Assembly: GCA_963422395.1 (NCBI GenBank)
Contig: OY729431.1
Location: 2,688,001 to 2,752,000 of the forward strand
Direction of reading: 5' to 3'
DNA from: Vicinamibacteria bacterium
GTDB lineage: Bacteria > Acidobacteriota > Vicinamibacteria > Marinacidobacterales > Marinacidobacteraceae
Length of the DNA stretch: 64,000 bases
This document shows positions 1 to 10,934 of the stretch, piece after piece. Positions within the stretch are counted from its first letter, which is position 1; every line of letters begins with the position of its first letter. A program made the position numbers and the translations under genes. The notes beneath the pieces were generated by a model. That model saw only the letters and a list, made by a program, of their open reading frames with translations, did not search any database and was not told the DNA's origin.

Positions 1-87
1 TATCTTGATCGCATCGAAGTCGGAGCTGAAGGTTTCGCGCTCTTCGAGATCCGGAAAAACACCGGCGGTGTCTCTGGTGATCTGCAT
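1..87 (-). CDS. rpoC: RNA polymerase beta' subunit, 5' end only (runs off window)
   Basis: Manual translation from ATG at 87: MQITRDTAGVFPDLEERETFSSDFDAIKI. FDAIKI is the RpoC N-terminal motif. Lies directly downstream of rpoB. Confidence 0.9.
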   Translation of the reverse strand, partial: MQITRDTAGVFPDLEERETFSSDFDAIKI

Positions 88-120
88 TTTCTTGGTCTCC
101 GTTGCCGAGTGTCCTGGGCT

Positions 121-3100
121 TCAGTTCTTCGCGCGGATGAGTTCGATGTCGAGTCCGAGACTTTGAATTTCCGCCATCAGCACCTTGAAAGATGCCGGGA
201 CTTCGGCTGAGTAACTCGTGTCCCCTTTCACGATGGATTCGTACACCTTCGCCCGCCCCCTCACATCGTCCGATTTGACCGTCAACAGTTCCTGGAGTGT
301 GTGGGCAGCACCATATGCCTCGATCGCCCAGACCTCCATCTCGCCGAAACGCTGTCCTCCGAACTGTGCCTTTCCGCCGAGTGGTTGCTGCGTGATGAGG
401 CTGTAAGGACCGATACTGCGCGCATGCATCTTGTCGTCCACGAGATGGCCGAGTTTCAACATGTAGATGTAGCCGCAGGTGACTGGTTGTTCGAAGGTAT
501 CTCCCGTTCGGCCGTCGTAGAGCACGCTCTTTCCGTCCTCGAACACATTCGGCCGCAACCCTTCCTGTTTGCGGGCTATCTCATTCGCTTCTTCGAGTAG
601 AGATCGAATGTCCTGTTCTCGTGCTCCGTCGAAGACCGGAGTGGCAAAGTGCCGGCCGAGAATGTGCGCCACCCATCCGAGGTGGGTTTCCAGAACCTGG
701 CCTATGTTCATGCGAGACGGAACGCCGAGAGGGTTCAAAACGATGTCCACCGGGGATCCATCGGGAAGGAACGGCATGTCCTCGACGGGAACGATCTTGG
801 CGATCACGCCCTTGTTGCCGTGACGGCCTGCCATCTTGTCGCCAACGCTGAGCTTTCGCTTCATCGCTATGTACACCTTGACCATCTTGATGACACCGGG
901 AGGAAGTTCATCGCCCTGGCGCAGGATTCCCTGTTGCTCGTCTCGGCGTGCCGACAGCAGGTCCAGCTGTTCTTCTGTCTTTTCCTGAATCTCCTGGATT
1001 TCCGCGCGCACCTCATCCGGGAGATCGGTCTCGAGGAGCGGAACGAAATCCATACGAGACGACAGCAACTTCTGCGTCAACCGCGTCCCCTTCGGCAGCT
1101 CGACCTCACCGGTTGCAGGGTTCATGCAATCTTCGATCAGACGACAGCCGACCATCCGCTTGACGATCCTCTTGTCGCATTCCTTCCTCAGGATTCGCTC
1201 TTCGTCCTCGTAATCTCGCTGGATGGCCGCGATGTCATCATCCTCGATCGAACGTGCCCGCTCGTCGCGCTCGGCATCCTTGCGGTGGAACACCCGAACG
1301 TCCACGACGACTCCCTCCACACCCGACGAACACTTGAGCGATGAGTTCTTCACATCGCCCGCCTTGTCTCCGAAGATCGCCCGCAGCAACTTCTCCTCGG
1401 GCGACAGCTGTGCTTCGGCCTTGGGTGTGACGCGGCCGACCAGAAGGTCACCGGGAGCGACACGAGCTCCGATCCGCACGATGCCGGATTCATCGAGATT
1501 GCGGAGAAAATTCTCCGCTACTCCCGGAACTTCGCGGGTGATGATTTCTGGACCCAGCTTCGTATCTCGCGCCTGGACCGTGTGCTCCTCGATATGGATC
1601 GAGGTGTATATGTCGTCATGGACGAGCCGCTCCGAGACCACGATCGCATCCTCGAAGTTGTACCCGCGCCAAGGCATGAAGGCCACGAGGACATTGCGCC
1701 CAAGAGCCAATTCTCCACCGTCGGTGCAGGGTCCGTCAGCGATGACCTGCCCCTGGCGAACTTTTTCACCGATGTCTACCAACGGTTTCTGGTTGATCGA
1801 GGTGTTTTGATTCGACCGGCGAAACTTCTTCATCCGGTAGATGCTGGCGCCGATCTCCGTTTCGCTTGCGGAACCTTCCTTGCGGACGATGATCCGCCGT
1901 CCATCCACGCGGTCCACGACTCCATTGTCTCGACAAACGACCACGGAACCCGAATCCTTCGCAGTGACATGCTCCATGCCTGTCCCGACGAGCGGAGCCT
2001 CCGCCGTGATCAGAGGTACTCCCTGACGCTGCATGTTGGATCCCATGAGCGCTCGGTTCGCGTCGTCGTTTTCGAGAAAAGGGACCAACGACGCCGCGAC
2101 CGAAACGATCTGTTTGGGCGATACATCGATGAAATCCACAGTCTTCCGGGGAGATGGAACGAATTCACCTTCATGACGACAGTTGACCCAGTCGTCGAGC
2201 AGCTTCCCGTCCTCTCCGACCTGCGCGTTGGCCTGGGCGATCGTGTGACGCTCTTCCTCTAGAGCCGATAGATAGAAGGCGTGTGGGATCAGCGCCGCTT
2301 TCTGCTTTCTTCGCCCGAGCTTCGCGTTCTTCGCTTCGGCCTCTGATTTTCGAACGATGGTGTCGATTTCGAATTTGGTGTCTCCTGGATCCGCGACACG
2401 CACATAGTCCACGACCTGACCATCCTCGACTTTCCGATAAGGGCTCTGGATGAAACCGTAATTGTCGATCGTGGCGTAGCAGGACAGCGAACTGATGAGA
2501 CCGATGTTCGGCCCCTCTGGGGTCTCGATGGGACATATCCGACCATAATGGGTAGCGTGTACATCTCGCACATCGAACTTCGCTCGGTCGCGTGAAAGTC
2601 CGCCGGGGCCGAGTGCCGAAAGCCGCCGCTTGTGCGTCACCTCCGAAAGCGGATTCGTCTGTTCCATGAACTGGGAAAGCTGCGATGCTCCGAAGAATTC
2701 TCGCACGGCCGCAGTGACCGGCTTGGCGTTGATCAGGTCACGCGGCATCGCTGTCGTCATTTCCTGATACACATTCATCTTCTCTCGAATCGCCCGTTCC
2801 ATCCGAACCAACCCCAGCCGAAATTGATTTTCGAGCAGTTCGCCTACGGAACGGACCCGACGGTTCCCCAAGTGATCGATGTCGTCCGCCCGATATCCAG
2901 CCTCGCCGCGAGTGAGCCGCAGCAGGTAGTCGAGGACGAGAATGAAATCTTCTTCGGCCAGAACAGTCCGATTCGGATCCATTTCGCGTTCGAGCTTGGT
3001 TGCCAGTTTCCGCCGCCCCACTCGGGAGAAATCGTATTTCTGTTCGTTGAAGAACAGATTGTTGAGGAGGTTCCGAGAACTCTCGACGGTCGGCTGATCT

Positions 3101-4401
3101 CCTGGGCGTTGCCGCCGGTATAGCTCGACGAGCGCGCCTTCCACGCTTTCGACATTCGGGGCGTCCACCTGGCGCTGCCGGGTGAGCGGGTCCTTGTCCA
3201 GCGTGTCGGCCAGGACCGGACCCACCGGGTCGGCACCGGGAAGAATCACGGGCAGACTCGAAAGTTTCGCGGCCGGAGTCTGCTGCGGCGCATCCTCGGA
3301 GGGTTCCGGAGCGGACTGGAACTCCGCCAACAGGCTTGCCGTCAGACGCGTGTTCGCCGGAATTTCCTCGCCGGTCGTGGGCACCACGACCGGCATCGCG
3401 AGCCGGAATCCTCCCAGCGCGTCGATGTGAAAGTCCAGATGGCGAACACTCCGCCGCACCAGCTTGCGCAAATCTCCACGACTGATGCGTTTTCCCCCAG
3501 GAATGACGACTTTCCCGTCGGACTCGATGTCTCGCTCGATGCGCGCGTCGAGCAACAATTCCTGGAGAGCTTCATCGAATGCAAATCGGACACGCTCGCC
3601 CGCTGGCATCGCTCTTTGGATTCGATAGAAACGCTTGAGGATGGTTTCCGTCTTCCCGAGACCGAGAGCCCTCAGGAAGATCGTTGCTGGAAAACGTTTC
3701 TTCCGGTCGATGCGAACCTGCAGAAGCCCCTTGGCATCGGTCTCGAATTCGAGCCACGAGCCGCGGTAAGGAACGACCTGAGCCAGATAACAGTTACGAT
3801 CGGCCTCGTGGAAGAACACGCCCGGCGAGCGATGCAGTTGGGACACCACGACCCGTTCGGTACCGTTGATGATGAAGGTCCCGTTCTCGGTCATCAACGG
3901 AATGTCTCCGAAGAAGACCTCTTCCTCCTTGATGTCGTGGATCGATCGTTGATTGGTTTCAGGATCTCGATCCCAGACCGTCAGACGGATCTTGACCTTG
4001 AGCGGCACTGCGTAGGTCTTTCCGCGGTGCTGACACTGTTCGACGTCGTGTTCGACCTTGAGATGCACCCGGTCCCCACAGTATTCACAGGGCTCACCGT
4101 TACGGGTGTGTTCGATGCCTTCGAGGTCTCCGCAGCTGCACGCCCAGCGGCCTACCGAGTACTCGAGAAAATCGAGCTCGCAGTTGTCTCGGAAATCCCG
4201 GATTGGAAAGATCGAGCGGAACACGGCCTGCAGACCGATCTCTTCTCGATTCCGAGCTTGAATGCCTTTCTGCAGAAACCGATCATAAGAACGGTGCTGG
4301 ACCTCGATGAGGTTCGGCAGAGGGATGGAGGCGCGAATGCGGGAGAAATCGTGCCGCATGCGCTTCGGGGCGACATCAGGATTCAGCATGGAATGCAGCA
4401 T
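121..4401 (-). CDS. rpoB: RNA polymerase beta subunit
   Basis: Motifs [60 protein letters not shown]. True start may be a few codons downstream. Confidence 0.99.
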   Translation of the reverse strand: MLHSMLNPDVAPKRMRHDFSRIRASIPLPNLIEVQHRSYDRFLQKGIQARNREEIGLQAVFRSIFPIRDFRDNCELDFLEYSVGRWACSCGDLEGIEHTRNGEPCEYCGDRVHLKVEHDVEQCQHRGKTYAVPLKVKIRLTVWDRDPETNQRSIHDIKEEEVFFGDIPLMTENGTFIINGTERVVVSQLHRSPGVFFHEADRNCYLAQVVPYRGSWLEFETDAKGLLQVRIDRKKRFPATIFLRALGLGKTETILKRFYRIQRAMPAGERVRFAFDEALQELLLDARIERDIESDGKVVIPGGKRISRGDLRKLVRRSVRHLDFHIDALGGFRLAMPVVVPTTGEEIPANTRLTASLLAEFQSAPEPSEDAPQQTPAAKLSSLPVILPGADPVGPVLADTLDKDPLTRQRQVDAPNVESVEGALVELYRRQRPGDQPTVESSRNLLNNLFFNEQKYDFSRVGRRKLATKLEREMDPNRTVLAEEDFILVLDYLLRLTRGEAGYRADDIDHLGNRRVRSVGELLENQFRLGLVRMERAIREKMNVYQEMTTAMPRDLINAKPVTAAVREFFGASQLSQFMEQTNPLSEVTHKRRLSALGPGGLSRDRAKFDVRDVHATHYGRICPIETPEGPNIGLISSLSCYATIDNYGFIQSPYRKVEDGQVVDYVRVADPGDTKFEIDTIVRKSEAEAKNAKLGRRKQKAALIPHAFYLSALEEERHTIAQANAQVGEDGKLLDDWVNCRHEGEFVPSPRKTVDFIDVSPKQIVSVAASLVPFLENDDANRALMGSNMQRQGVPLITAEAPLVGTGMEHVTAKDSGSVVVCRDNGVVDRVDGRRIIVRKEGSASETEIGASIYRMKKFRRSNQNTSINQKPLVDIGEKVRQGQVIADGPCTDGGELALGRNVLVAFMPWRGYNFEDAIVVSERLVHDDIYTSIHIEEHTVQARDTKLGPEIITREVPGVAENFLRNLDESGIVRIGARVAPGDLLVGRVTPKAEAQLSPEEKLLRAIFGDKAGDVKNSSLKCSSGVEGVVVDVRVFHRKDAERDERARSIEDDDIAAIQRDYEDEERILRKECDKRIVKRMVGCRLIEDCMNPATGEVELPKGTRLTQKLLSSRMDFVPLLETDLPDEVRAEIQEIQEKTEEQLDLLSARRDEQQGILRQGDELPPGVIKMVKVYIAMKRKLSVGDKMAGRHGNKGVIAKIVPVEDMPFLPDGSPVDIVLNPLGVPSRMNIGQVLETHLGWVAHILGRHFATPVFDGAREQDIRSLLEEANEIARKQEGLRPNVFEDGKSVLYDGRTGDTFEQPVTCGYIYMLKLGHLVDDKMHARSIGPYSLITQQPLGGKAQFGGQRFGEMEVWAIEAYGAAHTLQELLTVKSDDVRGRAKVYESIVKGDTSYSAEVPASFKVLMAEIQSLGLDIELIRAKN

Positions 4402-4587
4402 GTAGAGAGCTCGTTACGGCGAAAACACCGGCTGCGGTCTCGGAAACACCGATCGAGCGATGCGGGAGACCGAAGAGGGATCCGGAAGATGGCCGCACAG
4501 ACGGCAGAGGGCGGACCTCCGGCCTGAATCGGCTTTCGGGCCTGACGAATCCGGGAAGAAGAGAGCAGCAAGAAGAACGCATCCGAT

Positions 4588-4968
4588 CTACTTGATTTCG
4601 ATCGTTGCGCCGACCTCCTTGAACTGCTCCTGGATGCTCTTGGCCTCTTCCATGGGAACTCCTTCCTTGATCGCCTTCGGGGCTTCATCCACGAGTCCTT
4701 TGGCTTCCCGAAGGCCAAGACTCGTCAGTTCGCGAACGATCTTGATGACTCGCACGCGGTTCGGGCCACAGTCGGTGAGAACGGCGTCGAACTCGGTCTG
4801 CTCCTCGACCGGGGCGGCCCCGCCGGAGTCCGCGGCGACCACTGCCGGCATCGCCGCAGCTGCAGAAACTCCGAGCTCCTCTTCGAGTGCCTTGACGAGC
4901 TCGGAGAGCTCGAGCACGGTGAGCGATTTGATGTGAGCTACGACATCCTGTTGCGTGAGTGCGGACAT
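4588..4968 (-). CDS. rplL: 50S ribosomal protein L7/L12
   Basis: [41 protein letters not shown]. Confidence 0.98.
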   Translation of the reverse strand: MSALTQQDVVAHIKSLTVLELSELVKALEEELGVSAAAAMPAVVAADSGGAAPVEEQTEFDAVLTDCGPNRVRVIKIVRELTSLGLREAKGLVDEAPKAIKEGVPMEEAKSIQEQFKEVGATIEIK

Positions 4969-5059
4969 CTTGATTTCTACTCCTTCTCGAGTATCGAAAT
5001 TGGTAAAGAAAGCATCGGGGCGAGATACGGGTTGCCGGCATCCGCCGAACTCAACCGCA

Positions 5060-5602
5060 TCATTCGCTTCCTCTCTGAGCGGCCTTCTCCTCGGCCGCCT
5101 TCAGAAGGAGGACGAGATTGCGCGGCACGCCCTCGAGAACATTCATCAGATTGCGGATCGGAGCCGCGATGACCGAGGCGAGTTGCCCCTGGAGGGTCTC
5201 CTTGCCGGGCAGTTTGGCGAGTGCTTCGAATCGTTCCGAATCCACAGGCCGCATGGACTCGCGCTGGGCAACGATCCCTCCCTTGAACTGGAGCGCCTCG
5301 AAGTCCTGCGAACTCTCACGGAGTACTCTCGCCAGGGAAGCCGGATCCCCTACCGACCAGACGATACCGGTCATGCCGACGAGATGATCGTCGAGACCGG
5401 CGATGCCGGCATTCCGAAGCGCCCAACGAGCGGTACTGTTCTTGACCACTCGGTACTGCCCGCCGGCCTCTCGAACCCGTCGGCGGAGGTCGGTCACTTC
5501 CGCCACGGTCAAGCCGCGAAAGTCGAACGAGAAGACTGCTGCCGGAGAGCGCAGAGCCTCGGCAAGCGCTTCGGCGGCGTGGTGTTTTTCAGATCGCTGC
5601 AT
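5060..5602 (-). CDS. rplJ: 50S ribosomal protein L10
   Basis: [30 protein letters not shown]; synteny. Confidence 0.96.
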   Translation of the reverse strand: MQRSEKHHAAEALAEALRSPAAVFSFDFRGLTVAEVTDLRRRVREAGGQYRVVKNSTARWALRNAGIAGLDDHLVGMTGIVWSVGDPASLARVLRESSQDFEALQFKGGIVAQRESMRPVDSERFEALAKLPGKETLQGQLASVIAAPIRNLMNVLEGVPRNLVLLLKAAEEKAAQRGSE

Positions 5603-5633
5603 CGCCCATGGTCCTCATCGAAGCGGTTACGCC

Positions 5634-6323
5634 CTACTTGGCCCCCACCATGGCCGGACTGATCGAGAGTCCGGGACTCATCGTCGAACTGATAGCGACG
5701 CTCTGGATGTATCGGCCTTTGGCTGCCGCCGGTTTCTGGCGGATCACAGCCGAAGCGAATGCGAGCGCATTCTCCGCCAGGTTCTCCGCCGAAAACGAGA
5801 GTTTGCCGACGGGCGCATGGATGTTGGATGTCTTGTCCACGCGGTAGTTGACCTTGCCGGCCTTGATTTCCTGAATCGCTTTCGCTACATCGAAGGTGAC
5901 CGTCCCCGACTTGGGATTGGGCATCAATCCTCGCGGCCCGAGAATTCGGCCGAGCTTGCCAACCGACCGCATCATGTCCGGCGTCGACACCACGGCTTCG
6001 AAATCGAGGAACCCACCCTGGATCCGAGCAACCATGTCCTCTCCGCCCACCTCGTCCGCACCGGCGTCTTCCGCCTCCTTGGCCTTTTCACCGGAAGCGA
6101 TCGCGACCACACGCCGCGAAATACCGAGCCCATGCGGCAGCACCACCGTACCCCGCACCATCTGGTCGGCATGACGGGGATCCACCCCGAGCCGCATCGC
6201 CATCTCGGCGGTCTCGTCGAAACCGGCGAAGCTCGCGCTCTTGAGGGCGGTAAAAGCCTCGGAAAGTGTTTCCGGATGAGCCTCGGCCAAAGCGGCCTTG
6301 GCAGTAGCGTATCTCTGTCCCAT
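5634..6323 (-). CDS. rplA: 50S ribosomal protein L1
   Basis: [35 protein letters not shown]. Start set at ATG 6323 (MGQRY). Confidence 0.97.
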   Translation of the reverse strand: MGQRYATAKAALAEAHPETLSEAFTALKSASFAGFDETAEMAMRLGVDPRHADQMVRGTVVLPHGLGISRRVVAIASGEKAKEAEDAGADEVGGEDMVARIQGGFLDFEAVVSTPDMMRSVGKLGRILGPRGLMPNPKSGTVTFDVAKAIQEIKAGKVNYRVDKTSNIHAPVGKLSFSAENLAENALAFASAVIRQKPAAAKGRYIQSVAISSTMSPGLSISPAMVGAK

Positions 6324-6367
6324 AGCGTAATTCGTGGCGTGATCCCGCAGCAGCTCCTCCGGGATCG

Positions 6368-6787
6368 TCAGCCGACCTCGATGCCCATGCTCCGGGCGGT
6401 CCCCTCTACGATGCGGCAGGCCGCAGCGATGTCCTCGGCATTCAGATCCGGAAGTTTGATCCGAGCGATCTCCTCGACCTGACTCGGAGTCACACCTCCC
6501 ACTCGATTCCGGTTGGGTTCTCCCGAGCCCTTGGCGATTCCCGCAGCGCGTTTCAGGAGGGCTGCAGCCGGAGGAGTCTTCGTTTCGAAGCGGAACGACC
6601 GATCCTGATACACCGTGACCACACACGGAATGATCATTCCGCCCTCGTTCTGTGTCCTGGCGTTGAAAGCCTTGCAAAAATCCATGATGTTGATCCCGTG
6701 TTGCCCGAGTGCCGGCCCCACCGGGGGAGCGGGGGTGGCTTTCCCAGCGGGAAGCTGGATCTTCACTTCTGCGAGAATTTTTTTCAT
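6368..6787 (-). CDS. rplK: 50S ribosomal protein L11
   Basis: [26 protein letters not shown]. Confidence 0.98.
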   Translation of the reverse strand: MKKILAEVKIQLPAGKATPAPPVGPALGQHGINIMDFCKAFNARTQNEGGMIIPCVVTVYQDRSFRFETKTPPAAALLKRAAGIAKGSGEPNRNRVGGVTPSQVEEIARIKLPDLNAEDIAAACRIVEGTARSMGIEVG

Positions 6788-6820
6788 CGAGGACCTTCCA
6801 GGAACGCCGAACGGCTCCGA

Positions 6821-7348
6821 TCAGACCTTCTCCACCTCGAGGAACTCGAGTTCTACCGGAGTGGAACGGCCGAAAATAGTGACCATGACTTTCAGTTTGT
6901 TTCGATCCGGATGCACCTCATCCACGATCCCCTGAAAGCCGTTGAAGGGTCCGTGAATGATCCTCACAGATTCGCCTGCCTGGAAGGTATGCCGCAATTT
7001 GGGCGATTGACCGGCATCGTCCATCTGAGCGCGGATTCGCAGCACATCGTCTTCCGGCATCGGCTGCGGCCGATGCGGCGGAACGAATCCCATGACCTTT
7101 TCGGTGTTCTTCACGACCTGCCAGGTATCCGCATTCATCTCCATATTCACGAGGACATATCCCGGATATACCTGCTTGGTGGCAACCACGCGTCTTCCGC
7201 CACGCATTTCGACGACCTTCTCGGTAGGGATCAAGATCTCTCCGATCTGTTCTCCCAACCCGTACGCATTCGCCCGGTGGCGGAGCGCCTCTTTCACACT
7301 CTCCTCGAATTTCGAGTGCGTAGAAACGATGAACCACTCTCTCGCCAT
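6821..7348 (-). CDS. nusG: Transcription termination/antitermination factor NusG
   Basis: [18 protein letters not shown] motif [26 protein letters not shown]. Start ATG 7348. Confidence 0.97.
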   Translation of the reverse strand: MAREWFIVSTHSKFEESVKEALRHRANAYGLGEQIGEILIPTEKVVEMRGGRRVVATKQVYPGYVLVNMEMNADTWQVVKNTEKVMGFVPPHRPQPMPEDDVLRIRAQMDDAGQSPKLRHTFQAGESVRIIHGPFNGFQGIVDEVHPDRNKLKVMVTIFGRSTPVELEFLEVEKV

Positions 7349-7352
7349 GGAA

Positions 7353-7565
7353 TCACCCGCTGACCAGATTCGTGATGAATGCGGAAACATAGGACATCAC
7401 CACATCGAGGCCGTACAGATAGAAGCCGAAGAAGAACACCGTGATCAGAACGATGATGGTGGTTCCCCGCACTTCGTTGCGCGTCGGCCAGGTTACCTTG
7501 CCGACCTCGACGCGGACTTCTCCCAGGAAGCCGCGCACCGTTCCGACTCGTTCGAGCAGGCTCAT
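7353..7565 (-). CDS. secE: Preprotein translocase SecE
   Basis: EVGKVTWPTRNE plus one TM helix; lies between tRNA-Trp and nusG. Confidence 0.95.
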   Translation of the reverse strand: MSLLERVGTVRGFLGEVRVEVGKVTWPTRNEVRGTTIIVLITVFFFGFYLYGLDVVMSYVSAFITNLVSG

Positions 7566-7613
7566 GATGATCTGCACTCCCGGCGGCTGCGGATCGCGAC
7601 GGCGCAGGGACGC

Positions 7614-7686
7614 CAGGCCAGGAGGGGATCGAACCCCCAACCCCCGGTTTTGGAGACCGGTGCTCTGCCGATTGAGCTACTGGCCT
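7614..7686 (-). tRNA. tRNA-Trp (CCA); 3' CCA not encoded
   Basis: AGGCCAGTAGCTCAATCGGCAGAGCACCGGTCTCCAAAACCGGGGGTTGGGGGTTCGATCCCCTCCTGGCCTG forms a cloverleaf. Confidence 0.96.
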
Positions 7687-7779
7687 TCGCATCCCCGATA
7701 TCCGGGAACCGCGGCGGTTCCGCTTCGAAACCGATCATCGTCTGACGCCTCCTGCCTGCCGCAAGGAAGCCTCGCGTGC

Positions 7780-7944
7780 TCACCGGGTCTCCCGATGGAG
7801 CACATGTCCGCGACAGAAGCGACAGAACTTGCGCAATTCCATACGGTCCGGGTGGGTAGAACGGTTCTTCGTCGTCGAGTAGGTGCGCCGTTTACATTCG
7901 GTGCACGCCAGCGTGACGATCTGCCGCTTCTTCTCGCGCGCCAT
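7780..7944 (-). CDS. rpmG: 50S ribosomal protein L33 (zinc-binding CxxC form), absent from the ORF track
   Basis: Manual translation [54 protein letters not shown]. Confidence 0.96.
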   Translation of the reverse strand: MAREKKRQIVTLACTECKRRTYSTTKNRSTHPDRMELRKFCRFCRGHVLHRETR

Positions 7945-8078
7945 GGGGCTCGGGTTCCCGGCGGTAGTGCCTTAGTCTAAAAATCTCTCCCGGAGCATCA
8001 GGCTCGGCGGTGACTCCTCGCCGCAACCGAGCCGATGCCATCCGTATTCGTGTCGCCTGCCGCGATCCGCTCGCGCGG

Positions 8079-9266
8079 CTACTCGAGCACCTCGGTGGTC
8101 ATCCCCGAAGCGACGGTTTTTCCACCCTCGCGAATGGCGAAACGGAGACCCCGGTCCATCGCGATAGGAGTGATCAACTCCACCTCGAGCTGGATGTTGT
8201 CCCCGGGCATGGCGACCACCTGGTCGCCGAGCAGGGTGGCGGTCCCAGTCACATCCGTAGTGCGGAAGTAGAACTGGGGCCGGTAGCCGCTCTTGAACGG
8301 CTTCTCGCGGCCGCCCTCTTCCTTCGAGAGAACATAGACCTCGGAACGGAATCGAGTGTGCGGTGTGATCGAACCGGGCCTGGCGAGAACCATCCCGCGT
8401 TCCACCTCGCGCCGATCGGTGCCGCGCAGGAGAATTCCGACATTGTCGCCGGCCTCTCCCTCGTCGAGCAGCTTCTTGAACATCTCGACGCCGGTGACGA
8501 TGCGCTTGCGGGTGTCGCGGATCCCGACGATCTCGACTTCGTCCTGAATGCGGACCCGGCCCCGCTCGATACGCCCGGTCACCACGGTGCCGCGCCCGGA
8601 AATCGAAAAGACATCCTCGATCGGCATCAGGTAGTCCTTTTCGATTGCCCGTTCCGGCACGGGGACATACTCGTCGAGCGCCTGGGTCAATTCACGGATC
8701 GGCTTCCAGTCCGAGGGGTCGTCGGATTCGAGCGCTTTGAGCGCGCTCCCGCGGATGATCGGGATGTCGTCACCGGGGAAGTCGTAGTCCGACAGCAGTT
8801 CCCGGACTTCGAGCTCGACCAGCTCGAGTAGCTCCTCATCGTCGAGCATGTCCACCTTGTTCAAGAAGACGACCATGCGGGGAACGCCCACCTGACGGGC
8901 GAGCAGGATGTGCTCGCGGGTCTGCGCCTGCGGCCCGTCCGGCGCCGAGATCAGTAGTACCGCGCCGTCCATCTGCGCGGCGCCGGTGATCATGTTCTTG
9001 ATGTAGTCGGCGTGCCCCGGGCAATCCACATGGGCATAGTGGCGCGCCGCCGTCTCGTACTCCACATGAGAGACCGCGATCGTGATGCCGCGTTCGCGCT
9101 CCTCGGGAGCGTTGTCGATCGAATCGAAGCTGCGGAACTGCCCCCCGGCTTCGGCAGCGAGGACCTTCGTGATCGCCGCGGTCAGGGTCGTCTTGCCGTG
9201 ATCCACGTGACCGATGGTCCCCACATTGACATGGGGTTTCGTGCGTTCGAACTTCTCCTTGGCCAT
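8079..9266 (-). CDS. tuf: Elongation factor Tu
   Basis: [35 protein letters not shown]. Confidence 0.99.
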   Translation of the reverse strand: MAKEKFERTKPHVNVGTIGHVDHGKTTLTAAITKVLAAEAGGQFRSFDSIDNAPEERERGITIAVSHVEYETAARHYAHVDCPGHADYIKNMITGAAQMDGAVLLISAPDGPQAQTREHILLARQVGVPRMVVFLNKVDMLDDEELLELVELEVRELLSDYDFPGDDIPIIRGSALKALESDDPSDWKPIRELTQALDEYVPVPERAIEKDYLMPIEDVFSISGRGTVVTGRIERGRVRIQDEVEIVGIRDTRKRIVTGVEMFKKLLDEGEAGDNVGILLRGTDRREVERGMVLARPGSITPHTRFRSEVYVLSKEEGGREKPFKSGYRPQFYFRTTDVTGTATLLGDQVVAMPGDNIQLEVELITPIAMDRGLRFAIREGGKTVASGMTTEVLE

Positions 9267-9363
9267 CGGGTTTCTCCTTGGTTTACTGGGGTTTACTGGA
9301 CCTCTGGATAGGGATCGATCGTCCCCTGCGGGACCTGTCTGTGTTTGGGAACGAAAGGAAAAG

Positions 9364-9438
<75 letters not shown>

Positions 9439-9484
9439 GAAGGCGAGGGAGGAGACGAAAGCGTGCATCTCGACGCCTGGTTCC

Positions 9485-9560
9485 TGGAGCGGGAGACGGG
9501 ATTCGGACCCGCGACCCTCAGCTTGGAAGGCTGATGCTCTGCCAACTGAGCTACTCCCGC
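9485..9560 (-). tRNA. tRNA-Gly (TCC), T-loop TCCGAAT
   Basis: GCGGGAG...TCAGCCTTCCAAGCTGA...GCGGGTCCGAATCCCGTCTCCCGCTCCA. Confidence 0.93.
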
Positions 9561-9713
9561 AGTCATGGATGACGAAAAGGCAGCGGTATCCACCGAGTGG
9601 CTTCTGAAAGACCCGTCAACCGCCGAACTTCGGACGCTGGCCCGGATCGGACCGTCGAAAAGGATCAAGATGGTAGGTATTCGTGGTGGACAGGGCTTCA
9701 TGGAAAGCGAAGG

Positions 9714-9797
9714 TGGAGCGGGGAGGATTCGAACCTCCGAAGGCGTAAAGCCGGCAGGTTTACAGCCTGCTGCGTTTGGCCGCTTCGCTACCACTCC
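9714..9797 (-). tRNA. tRNA-Tyr (GTA); long variable arm, 3' CCA not encoded
   Basis: GGAGTGG...GCAGGCTGTAAACCTGC...GGAGGTTCGAATCCTCC CCGCTCCA. Confidence 0.95.
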
Positions 9798-9870
9798 CCG
9801 GAGAACGCTCCGCGACTCCCCAGTCGTCAGAAACAGCTCTACCCGAACCAGCCGGTCCATGGATCGGGGG

Positions 9871-9925
9871 ATCCGGTCCGAATCTCTCCGATCCAGCTCA
9901 ACCCGGTGCGGTCTGGCCCGACCCG
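9871..9925. repeat. Degenerate 5-bp periodic tract in the Thr-Tyr tRNA spacer
   Basis: atccg gtccg aatct ctccg atcca gctca acccg gtgcg gtctg gcccg acccg. Confidence 0.45.
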
Positions 9926-9926
9926 G

Positions 9927-9999
9927 AGCTGGCGAAGGGACTTGAACCCTTGACCGGCTGATTACAAATCAGCTGCTCTGCCTCCTGAGCTACGCCAGC
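9927..9999 (-). tRNA. tRNA-Thr (TGT); 3' CCA not encoded
   Basis: GCTGGCGTAGCTCAG...GCTGATTTGTAATCAGC...AAGGGTTCAAGTCCCTT CGCCAGCT. Completes the canonical Thr-Tyr-Gly-Thr-tuf cluster. Confidence 0.95.
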
Positions 10000-10018
10000 C
10001 TGCACCGGCGAACAGACG

Positions 10019-10048
10019 ATTATAGAGATTCTGCGCCAGTGGTGTCAA
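10019..10048 (-). promoter_or_regulatory. Sigma70 promoter of the tRNA-tuf operon
   Basis: Perfect TTGACA-N18-TATAAT on the minus strand, about 20 nt upstream of tRNA-Thr. Confidence 0.88.
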
Positions 10049-10934
10049 CAGGCATTTCCGGAGCGATGCGGGAAAGTTCGTTCGCCGGGTTCGCCGGGTT
10101 CGCCGGGTTCGCCGGGGCCGGCGGCCGGATCGGGCTTTCTCGCCCGCGCTGGCGAATCGCCTCGTAGAGAACGATCCCGGCGGCAACCGCCACATTCAGA
10201 GAGCGGGCGCTGCCGAGCTGGGGGAGAGAAAGCAGCGCCTCGCACTCCTTGGAAACTCCGGCGCGGAGCCCCCGACCTTCCGAACCCACCGTCAGGACTG
10301 CCGGTTGAGTCCAGTCGAACTCGTGCCACGGAGTGGATGCGCGCGGCGTGAGTCCAACGGTCCAGAATCCGGCGCTGCGTAGCGCCCGCAGGGCGGCGGC
10401 AGCGCCCGACACCCGCACCAGGCGCGCCTGGGCGAGGGCGCCCGCAGAGGCGGTGATCGCGGCCGGCGAGGGCGGAGCGGCTCCGCGCCGGGGCACGAGA
10501 ACCGCATCCACCCCGGCCCCATCCGCAGCGCGGACCAACGCTCCGAAATTCCGGGGATCCTCGATCCGGTCGAGCAACAGCAGCAGGCTGGGCCGAGGAT
10601 CTCCGCCGATCACTTCGCCGAGCCCGAGCCAACGGATCGGGGAAACCTCGCACGCCGCGCCCTGGTGCCGGACCCCGTCGGCGATCCGTTCCAGCTGCTG
10701 GTTCGGTACCCGCTGGACCGGAGCCCCGCGGGCGCGGGCTATCTGGAGCAACACCTGGTGACGACGCTCCAGCCGTCCGGTGCGTAAAAGCACCCTCCGG
10801 ACCTGATGCGGAGTCGCTCCGAGAACTTCTTCCACCCGGGCAGGACCGAAAACCCAGGTGGCCCCGGTCCGCTCCGGGGGCGCGGCGGCCGGTCTTTCGA
10901 CCGGCCGAGAGCCCCGCGAGGCAGCCGCGCTCAT
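10020..10934 (-). CDS. rlmB: 23S rRNA (Gm2251) 2'-O-methyltransferase, TrmH/SpoU family
   Basis: LDRIEDPRNFGALVR, GSEGRGL, SLNVAVAAGI. ATGA overlap with the ispDF stop. Confidence 0.88.
   Translation of the reverse strand: MSAAASRGSRPVERPAAAPPERTGATWVFGPARVEEVLGATPHQVRRVLLRTGRLERRHQVLLQIARARGAPVQRVPNQQLERIADGVRHQGAACEVSPIRWLGLGEVIGGDPRPSLLLLLDRIEDPRNFGALVRAADGAGVDAVLVPRRGAAPPSPAAITASAGALAQARLVRVSGAAAALRALRSAGFWTVGLTPRASTPWHEFDWTQPAVLTVGSEGRGLRAGVSKECEALLSLPQLGSARSLNVAVAAGIVLYEAIRQRGRESPIRPPAPANPANPANPANELSRIAPEMPVDTTGAESL
10080..10115. repeat. Perfect 9-bp tandem repeat (GTTCGCCGG)x4
   Basis: Read directly; encodes PAN repeats in the RlmB C-terminal tail. Confidence 0.9.

Noticed and set aside
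10080-10115. Short repeats as a CRISPR array
   Set aside because: Tandem units without spacers and no cas genes; no CRISPR array seen anywhere in the window.
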